From the human T2T-CHM13v2.0 reference genome, Homo sapiens, in NCBI RefSeq assembly GCF_009914755.1, contig NC_060940.1: DNA of 64,000 nucleotides; one strand, written 5' to 3'. The stretch's first letter is position 1; every line of letters begins with the position of its first letter. Positions 53,360 to 64,000 of the stretch are shown piece after piece. Both the position numbers and the translations under genes were made by a program. The notes beneath the pieces were generated by a model. It was not told the origin of the DNA. It did no database searches and saw only the letters and a list, made by a program, of their open reading frames with translations.

Positions 53360-55452
53360 TAGAAAAAGATAGATAATAACTAGTGTTCAAGAAAATGTGG
53401 AGTAATTGGAAGCTCATACACTGTTGGGAGACATGTAAAATGGTACAGCAGCTTTGAAAAACAGTCTAGCAGTTACTCAAAAGATTAAACATAGAGTTAA
53501 AATTTGACACAGGATTTTATTCCTAGATATATTCCAAGGAAAATGAAAACATGGCTACACAGAAACTTATATGGAAAAATGTTCATAGTCGTAGTATTTA
53601 AAGGGATCAAAAGGTAGAAACTATCCAAATATCTATCAATTGATGAATGGATAAACAAAATGTGGTATATCTATATAACAAAATTCTATTTGGCCAAAAA
53701 AGGAATCTATTATACAAAGACATGGCTGAACCTTAAAAACATGCTAAGTGAAAGAAGCCAGTCACAAAGGACAACATATATTCCACTTATATGGAATGTT
53801 CAGAATAGGAAAATCTATAGCGATGGAAAGTAGACTAGTAATTAGCTGGGGCTGAGGGAATTGGAGGAAAGGGGGAATGACTGCTTAAGGGGTAAGAGCT
53901 TCATTCGGGGTTAATGAAAATGTTCTAAACTTGAAGGTGATGGTTATATAACTCTATGCATATTCTAAAAACCATTGAACTGTATACTTTAAGTGGGTGA
54001 ATTGTATGGCAAGTGATTATATCTCAACAAAACTATTTACATAGGTTAAAAACAGATATAGCAAGTTAAGGCAAATAAAAAGAAAGCTGGAGTGACAATA
54101 TTAATAAGAGAGAAGGTAGACTTCAGAACAAAGAATATCACCAGAACAAAGAGAGTCATTTCATATAAAAGAGTCAGTTCTAGAGAACATAAGAATCCTA
54201 AATGTTTATAGGCCTGATGACATAACTTCAAATAACATGAAACAAAAACTGAAAGAACTGTGGAAGAAACAGACAAGTTCACAACTATAGTCACGGATTC
54301 CAATATGTCTCTTTTAATAATTGATAAACTAAAAGACATAAAATCAACGAAGATAAAGAAGACTCAAACAATAATAACCAATTTCACCTGACTGACGTTT
54401 ATTGACCACAACCCAGCAACACCAGAATATATAATCTTTTGACGTAACATGAAATATTTATCAAGATAGAGCATATTCTGGATTCTGAAACAAGTCTCAA
54501 TAAATATAAAATAATTTAAGTCATACAAAATATTTTCTCTGATCATAATGGAATTAAATGGGAAAGCAATAACAGTTATTTCAAAAATTTCCAAATTTTT
54601 TTAAAACTGAAAATAAAACACTACTAAATAAACCATGAGTACAAAGAAAAATTCGAAAGTACTTTGAGCTGCATAAAAATGAAGCCATCAAGATTTGTTG
54701 TATGTCACTATAGTAGTATTTAAAGGACTATTTATATCATTAAACACCTATAGTAGAAAAGAAGAAAAGTCTCAAACAAATGACCTCAGTTACCTTCTTA
54801 AAAGCCAAAAATAGAAGAGCAAATAAAATGTAAATTAAGGAGAAAAAAGTAAATAATAGTAGAGAAAATCAGTGACATAGAAAACAGGAAAAAAATAGAG
54901 AAAAATCAATGATAACAAAAGCTGGTTTCTTGCAAAAAACAATAAAATTGATAAGCCTTCACTCAGAATGGCCATTAAAAAAATAAAAAGGAGAAAAGGT
55001 AAAAAGTACCAATATCAGAAATGACAGAGTTAACATCACTACAAATTTTAGGGATTTTAAAAGGATGATAAGGGAATGTTATAAAAAACTTTGTGCCAAT
55101 ACAATTGATAAGTTAGATGAAATGGACGAATTCCCTGGAAGTCACAAAACACCAAAGCTTACTCAAGAAGAGATAAATTGAAATTGCAGTGTAACAGTCT
55201 CCAAAAAAGAAAACTCCAGACCGAAATGGCTTCACTGATGAATTCTACCAAATATTGAGAGAAGAAATAATACACGTACTACACAAACTCTTTAGAAAAT
55301 AGATGAGAAAGACATACTTCCCAACTCATCCTGTGAAACCAGTGTTAAACACCCAAATGAAAGACATCATAAGAAAACTACAGACCAATATTCTTCATGA
55401 GGATAGATGCGGTGTTTTAAAACAAAATTCTAGCCAATCAAATTCAATAATA

Positions 55453-55610
55453 CAGTCAGATCTTGATTTGCACAGTTCAGTGTTCATTGAAACGTGTGCA
55501 TTTTTTGAACCATGTCTCTGCTCTGTGATTACCAGCCAATCACACAGAGAGGACATATTTCTGATAAGAGCATGTTTCAGTGAACACAGCATCTTGCAAA
55601 GTGAACACTG
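55453..55610. mobile_element. Palindromic TcMar/Tigger-type MITE, 158 bp
   Basis: TA|CAGT...ACTG|TA ends with internal inverted symmetry. It interrupts L1 ORF2. Confidence 0.7.
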
Positions 55611-56186
55611 TAGGAATATTATAATTACTAAAATCATGACCAAGTTGAATTTATTGCAGGAATGCAAAGTTCCTTTAATATTCAAAAATAAATCAGTGTA
55701 ATTCATTAGTTTAACAAACGAAAAAAAGGAAAATAATACAATCATCTAATAAAAGGCAGAAAAAGGATCTGACAAAATCCAAAACCCATTTCTGATCTAA
55801 ACTCTCAGCAAACTAGGAATAGAAGAAAAATTCTCAACACTGTAAAGGGCATCTACAGAAGACCTACAGTGAACATCATACTAATGGTGGAAGACTGAAT
55901 GCTGTCCTCCTAAGGTCCCTGTTCTTACAAGGCAAGAATGCGTGCTTTCACCACTTCCACTCAGCAATGAATATACAGGTTCTAGCCATTGTAAAAGGAA
56001 AGAAAAACAAAGGACATCCGGATTGGAAAGAAAGAGGTAAAACTGTCTTTATTTGCAAGTTATATGGCCATGTACTTAGAAAAATCATATGAGATCTAGG
56101 AAAAAATTACTAGAACCAGTAAGTTTGGCTAGGTGGCAGATATAAATACAATAGTCAAGAACAATGGAAACTGAAATTAAAAATAC

Positions 56187-56345
56187 TGGCTGGGTGCAGT
56201 GGGTCACACCTACATGTAATCCTAGCACTTTGGGGAGGCCATGACAGGAGGATTGCTTGAGCCCAGGAGTCTGAGACCAGCCTGGGCAACATAGAAAGAC
56301 CCTGTCTCTATTAAAAAAAAAAAAAAAAACTTGAAAAAAAAAAAG
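56187..56345 (+). mobile_element. FLAM / Alu left monomer
   Basis: Single monomer followed by an A tail. Confidence 0.85.
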
Positions 56346-58404
56346 TACCAGGCATAATAGCATCAAAAATATAAACTACTTAGGTATAAATCTGACAAAA
56401 GATGCATAAGACCTGTACATTGAAAACTAGAAACACTGTTAAAAAATTAAACATCTAAAATAAAAAAGCTATATATGCACTATATTCATAGTCAGAGGAT
56501 GCAATATTGTTAAGATGTCATTTATCCCCAAATTGACCTATAGTTTCATTGTAATCCCAATAAAATTCTCAGCAGACTTTTTATTTGTATTTCTTTTGCA
56601 GAAACTGACAAACTGACCCTAAAATTTATAGGAAATACAAAGAAACTAGAACAGCCAAAATAACTCTGGAAAAGAAGGAGGGCATATACTATCTGAATTG
56701 ACTACTCATTTTAAACAATAGTAATCAAGTGTGGTACTGCCACAAAGATGGACAATAGATCATGGGAACAGAAAAGAGAATGAAGAAATATACCCAAACA
56801 TATATTGTCAACTGATTTTCATCATGGATCAAAGGCAATTGAGTGGAAAAAGAAAATATTTTCAATAAATGGTGTTGGAACAATTTACAAAAAAGGAACT
56901 CGGATATAATGGATCACAGACCTAAATTGTAAAATCCAGACCTCTTCAATTTCTAGGGCAAAACATTGTGTTAGGTAATGATTTCTTAGTTACGACACTA
57001 AAACCATATCTATAAAAAAAATTGAAATATGGTACTTTCCCAAAACTAGATACTTCTCCCCTTTGAAAGACATTGTTCAGAAAATGAAAAGATAAGCTAG
57101 AGATCTGCAAGAAAATATTTGCAAATGACATATCCAATAACAAAGGACTTGTACCCAGAATATATAAAAATCTTTCAATATTCAATAATAAGAAAACAAA
57201 TATCCTAATTTATTAAATAAACTAAAATTAAAACTACAAGAACATCTACTACAAACAGAACAGATAAAATTAAAAAGACCAACCATACCGATTTTGGAGA
57301 AAATGTGGAGAAACTGGCATGTCTGCCATTTTCTTAAAAAGTTAAACATGCATGTTTCAAAAGACATAGCTACCCCATTCCTTGGTATTTACAAAGGAAA
57401 GCACATGTTCAGACAATAACTTGTACATGAATGTTCACAGCTGACTATTTGTAGCAGTCAGACCTGATATAGATCTAATTGCTCATCAACGTGTAAATGG
57501 ATATAAGCAAATTGTGATGCATCCATACAATGGAATATTCCTCAGGAATAATAAGCAAAGAGCTAAAGATACATGTAAAACCATGGATAAATCTCAATAT
57601 TATTATGCAGCGTAAGAAAACCCAGACATAAAGGAACAGATATTGTGTGATTCCATTAATATAAAATATTAGAAAATGCAATCTAATCTACAGCGACAGA
57701 AAGCAGATCAGTGGTTTCCTGTGGGATGGGGAAAGTGCTGATTACACAGGGTTAAGAGGAAACTTTTGTGAGTGATGGATATGTTCATTATCTTGATTGT
57801 GGTGATATTTTATAGATGCATTTGTATACCAAAACATATCGACTTACAACCTTTAAAGATAAGTAATTTACTCTGCCAATTAAACCCCAATTAAGCTATT
57901 AAAAATACATGAAACTCTCATGATAAAAGCACAAATAAAAATAACAAAAATAAACTTGACATCATCAAGTTTGTGCTTCAAATACTATCAAGAAAGTAAG
58001 ATGACAACCCACAGAAAGGGAGAAAATTTTTGAAATCTCATATTTAATAGGGGACTTGTATCTAGAATGTATTAAAGAAATTTTACAACTCAATAGCAAA
58101 AAGACAAATAACCCAATTATTAAAAAAGCAAAGAATCTGAATAGTTTTCCAAGGAAGAGATACAAATGGCCAACAAGTACGTGAAGAAAGCTCAACATCA
58201 TTAGCCATTAGACAACTGCAAATCAAAACCACAATTAAATAACACTTCACACCCACCAGGATGGCTAAAATAAAAAAGACAGGTAACAGAGGTTGGTGAG
58301 GATATAGAAAAACGAGAATACTTGTATAATGTAGACGGGAATATAAAATGGCAAACCTGCTTTGAAATACAGTCTGGTGGTTCCTCAGTTAAAAACAGAG
58401 TTCT

Positions 58405-58749
<345 letters not shown>

Positions 58750-59036
58750 TCAAGAGAAATGAAAACATGTCTACATAAAAACTTGCATATGAATGTTCAC
58801 AGCAGTATTCATAATAGCCAAAAAGTGCAAAAAACCCATATGTCCATCAACTGAAGGATGAATAATGAAATGTAGTATAACCATATAATGGTCTGTTGAC
58901 AACAGAAAGAAAGGAATACTGCTACACACTACGACATAGAAAAATCTTGAAAACATTATACCAAGTCAAATAAACCAGTCATAAAGTAACACATATTGTA
59001 TAACTGCATATACAAGATGTTCAGAACAGGTCCAAT

Positions 59037-59083
59037 TATAGAGACAGAAAGCTACAGAGACAGAAAGCTATAGAGACAGAAAG
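59037..59083 (+). repeat. 16-bp tandem repeat x3
   Basis: ta(t/c)agagacagaaagc repeated three times within an L1 3'UTR. Confidence 0.93.
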
Positions 59084-59231
59084 AAGATTAGTGGTTTCCT
59101 AGGTCTGGTGGCAGTGGACGAAGTCGTAGGGGAATTGGAGAGTAACAGCTAAGGTGAATGGGGCTTCTTTTTAGGGTAATAAAATGTCCTAAAATTGCTT
59201 GTGATGATGGATGCACAACAATATGAATACA

Positions 59232-59521
<290 letters not shown>

Positions 59522-60607
59522 TGAATACACTTTTAAAAGCCACTAAATTGTATAGAATAAATGGGTGAATTGTATGGTGTGTGAATTATATCTCAACAAA
59601 GTGGTTAATACAAAAGTTAACTGCAGAACATTTCAACCTATTTAAAAAACCCATGGTAAATGTTTAAGTGACATAATGTGTAAAATGTACATATTAAATG
59701 TTGCTTCTCTGAATATGCCAATATTTGTATATCTAGTATGCAATTTTTTTGAGGCTGGTTTTAATTTATCTTCAAAGGCTATAAAATTGGTGGTGTTACT
59801 CAATACACTACCACTTGATGAGGTCTGGGTTATTCTAGGTGGTTAATGTGCTGTAAGCAACTGTCTTACTTCTCATTAAGAGAGGTAGCTTATGGATCAT
59901 TTAACTTAAAGTCTGATTTTTCTCCTTGGCTGTCCTTAGAGCTCATGTCCATTTTAGTCATTTCTATATTCAGTGAGTTCTCCTCTTCCAGACTGTCTTT
60001 AACTCTCTTCCTTAATTCCCCAATTTCATTATCAGCCTAGACTCAAATGGAAAGAGCTTCAATGTGGGGATACGTCTGTCTTACTGTATAAACCTTAGGA
60101 AAGCCAGTTCTACATGGAGAAGAAAAACAAATTAAGAAGAAACACAAATAAGTCCATTAGGAATCCTCTAAAAATTAAACATTAAAAAAATGATGCTCTG
60201 AAACCCATGCTGCCTACTATCGGTAAGTGCAGAATGCTTAGCTAAGCTGATATAAAACTTTCACTTAGAAATACTAAATATTATTGAAGTGTTTTGCAAC
60301 ATATGCTACTGACAACAAGAAATAGTCAAAGGCAATTAATTGATATTCACAATAAAGTTCACTTTATCTCTGGGCAAATGCAATCCATTTATCCCCAGTC
60401 AGTGTCTAGGATATGTGACTCAGTGGGGGAGACAGCACATGTTACCTGAATGAAAAAAGGAAGCGAGCATCTTTTGTAGAGGGAGGCCAACTGAAAGGGA
60501 AACCTAATGGAATATAACACTGTGACTGCTGAAAAGTTTCTGTCAAATAGGTGAGTAGAAAATATTTTGTCATGTTTTAATTTACCTATATTCAAAAGAA
60601 TCTATTA

Positions 60608-60724
60608 GTTTGTTTGTTTATTTATTTATTTATTTATTTATTTAGAGATGGAGTCTCACTCTGTTGCCCAGGCTGGAGTGCAGTGGTGTGATCTTGGCTC
60701 ACTGCAAACTCCTCCTCCAGGGTT
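60608..60724 (-). mobile_element. Alu 3' fragment
   Basis: (TTTA)n tail plus about 80 bp of right arm. Confidence 0.88.
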
Positions 60725-60781
60725 ACTACAAAATATTCATTAGCTCATAAAAGGTAAGAAATCCATGTACTTTAATAACTA

Positions 60782-61099
<318 letters not shown>

Positions 61100-62809
61100 A
61101 CTAACCAAATGTAAGATTCAATCTTATCATCTTGAGAAAAGTTTGACCATGCTGAGTTAACAGAATTGCCCACCTTAAGAAGGTGCATTTATCCTATCAA
61201 TGAAAGTGTATTAAAGTAAGATTAAACCAGGAATGTATATAAAATCAGCTATTAAATCCTTTGCTAAGCAGAGAACAGAACACTTAGACAATTAACTAAA
61301 ACTTGGGCTGAAAGAAAGAACAGATGTAACACAATTAGCCCTTCTAGTAAAAAAAACTGAAAACTTTTTTCCTTTTCAGGTTACTGTTGGCCTTAGGTGA
61401 CCCCAAGTGACCCAATTGAAGATTTAAGCTTCACATGCTATGAGATGAAATTCTCTCTTCTTATTATAATGGTAGCTTTAAAACTGCCAAACAATAGAAT
61501 ACCTATGATAATGAAAATTTGTAGAAAATACCACTAATAAACTCTCACTTCTATATATCCTTATATAGACGTAACAGCTTGTTACGTCTGCTAACAAGCT
61601 GTTGAAGACGTAGAGAGATGAACTACAGTGGGAAAGGCCATTAGTCCAATAGATGTTTTGTGGAACAAAATCTGAGTAAGTCTGCTTAAATACCATAGCC
61701 ATAATGAAAAAGCCTTTCAGAAAGTCCATGATTGTTCCTTCACTCTTTAGAATTCTATTTCAAACTCTGTAGTATGTAAAGAATTGAAATATAATTCAAA
61801 CTCTGTTCACTATGGGAAGAAGGGGAGGGAAGGAATTTCTAAGACTTATGAACAATAGAATTTTGAAAGTGTGGCTAACACAACCAGGGATTTTATCTGG
61901 TGAATTTTACATATCACATGTCTGTTATTTTTAATAGTTTCCTCTGCTTGGGTTCATGTTCATAAATCTTTTGCTAAATTTCCACATGTACCTGACATGT
62001 ATGAATCTGTTATTCTACTCTGTTTAGCTGACATTGAATGTCTACTTCCTGAAAGGACCTGGAATAATATATTTTCTTTGGATTTGAGAATCCCAGTCCT
62101 CTCCTTTGTTATTATATTTCTTCAACTGCTGTTTTTGGATTATACAGGGCACTGTTTGTGAAATGTCACTTATGGGGCTAAATAATAATGCTATCAAGTA
62201 AATACACAATAATAGGTATTTATAAAATATAGCTATATAAAATACAGTACATTTTATATGAGAGAGTTGCATCACACAAGCATAGCTTCTCAAGCTAGTA
62301 AGATAAAAATCACGTACATGCTGGAGTTAATCCACACAGATTTAACGTTCTGAATCCAACTGCATGCTTGACATGCTGTAGGAGATCAATATATAATCTG
62401 TTTTTCACCAACTGTAGAGGTATAGTAAAAAGGCTAGAGAATTGTGTTTTCATATGTAATCTTCTCCATTTTATCTTACAATATATATTACTGTATATGT
62501 ATAGGGAAGATGACACAAATCCATATATGTATATTTTAACTTGTGAGTGATTTAATGGATTTTAAAGAGTAATTCTGCCATTTTTAGACTGACTTTAAAA
62601 CCTAATTTGTGATTCTGCCACATATCAAAATGCAAACAGTGATCATCTCTGGGTGATTTTTAAGCTTTTAAAATTTGTACTTCCTAAATTGCTATAATCT
62701 GTGATTAGAAGAATAAATAAAATAAAAAGTACTGTACTATATTTACATTCTATTAAGTCATACATGGTTCTGTTACATATTACAAAATAAACTCTTCTGA
62801 ATAAAAAGA

Positions 62810-63800
62810 ATGTATGGTCATGAACAAGTCAATGATACCAAATAACACCATGACTACTCAACACTGTAATGAAGGTCCTGGCCAATGCAATAAGACTAAA
62901 AAAGAAAGAAGAGATACAATACTTACATAGCAAGAGATCATTTTTATTTTCAAATGAAATAATTATCTATATAGGAAATCCAAGAGAATATGCCAATTAT
63001 TAGAATAAGAAAATAGTCAGATTGATGAATATAAGATCCACATACCAAAATCAATAGCCTCCTTAAATTTCAATAATAGTCATTAGAAAAGTAATAGGAA
63101 AAAAAAATCTCATTCAATAACAATGAAATCTCTAAGTTTTAAAAAATAATCTAGCAAAAGCTGTGTCGGAGTTTTATGAAGATAATGGCAAAACATTACC
63201 AGGGGAAATGTAAAGACAATGTGAATAAATGTTATGGAATGGAAGATTCAACATCACAAATAGTTCCTCAAAAATTAATCTTTAAATAAAATGTAATCAA
63301 ATCAATCAAGAAGTCAACAGAATTTTTTTTGGTCAAATAAGAAAAATTAATTCTAAATTCATGTGAAGGGACAAAGGGACAAGAATAGTCAAGACAATTC
63401 TGAAGACAAAATTACATGGGAAGGTATTTCCCTATCAGATATCAAACATTATTTTAGAGCTAGAATGATTAATACTATGTGGAATCAGTGCACAGACTGA
63501 TAATTAAGGTAAGGCACCAAAATAGAAGGCACAGAAATAGGACCACACACACAGAGAAACTGGATACACACAAACGTGGCATTACAAGTCAGTGGGGAAA
63601 AATACACTACTCATTAAGCATGGGGACAACTGGTTATCCAAGAGAAATGAATTAAACTAGGTTCTTTTGATGCAATACACAAAAATAAAGTTTAGGTACA
63701 TTAAAAGCCTACATATGAAAAGTAAAATTCTAAAACTTTTATGATAAAATACAGGAAAATATCTTTATGACCACAAGATAGATCATTATTACCTAAATAA
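62810..63800 (+). mobile_element. Old L1ME ORF2 fragment
   Basis: gtcctggccaatgcaataagac...aaaatcaatagcc...gaatagtcaagacaattctgaag. Confidence 0.7.
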
Positions 63801-64000
63801 GATCGAGAAAAGCTGAGATTGCAAACAAAATAACCTGTATTCATTCTGTGCACATCTGTAACATTAAGCTAGCTATAATTATCCCTATTCTCTCCCATTT
63901 TGTTTTGTCACATGAGAAGAGCCTACTGAATACCACTGAGTTATCATTACTATTGTGGCAGCTTATACACAATTACATGTAAAAATGTACTAGATTATAA

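Noticed and set aside
59037-59083. Short direct repeats (also 44672-44708 and 35795-35855) as a CRISPR-like array
   Set aside because: Simple tandem duplications without unique spacers, in eukaryotic DNA.

Overview
Primate, very probably human, intronic DNA from the ITFG1 (TIP/LINKIN) gene, which is transcribed on the minus strand. Four consecutive coding exons are present: 47368-47518, 45455-45563, 24806-24849 and 5708-5786. All have GT-AG boundaries and join in one open frame reading ...NQQAFLLENVPCNN...YED/GILDIVV...FVKVI/VLSGLCSNDCPRKIT/PFGVNQPGP...KNGS. The only other gene-derived sequence is a dead processed pseudogene of proteasome subunit PSMB5 (about 49508-50601, plus strand, with TSD). 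The rest is mostly interspersed repeats: about 25 Alus, old L1M fragments, L2/MIR, MaLR/ERV LTRs, and hAT and Tigger DNA transposons. The most complex part is a four-level nest at 7-14 kb (Charlie1 > L1M > 5'-inverted L1PA > AluY), which also holds an L1/Alu chimera and a tiny orphan retro-insertion. Most ORF-track entries are repeat-derived or chance ORFs. I see no convincing new biological system. The best leads are a candidate 66-nt poison exon, an orphan 27-nt poly(A) insertion, a 158-bp palindromic MITE, a cluster of overlapping palindromes at 61.55 kb, and AluY geometry that could favour circRNA formation. Repeat family names come from recalled consensus sequences, not from a search, and boundaries of old repeats are approximate.
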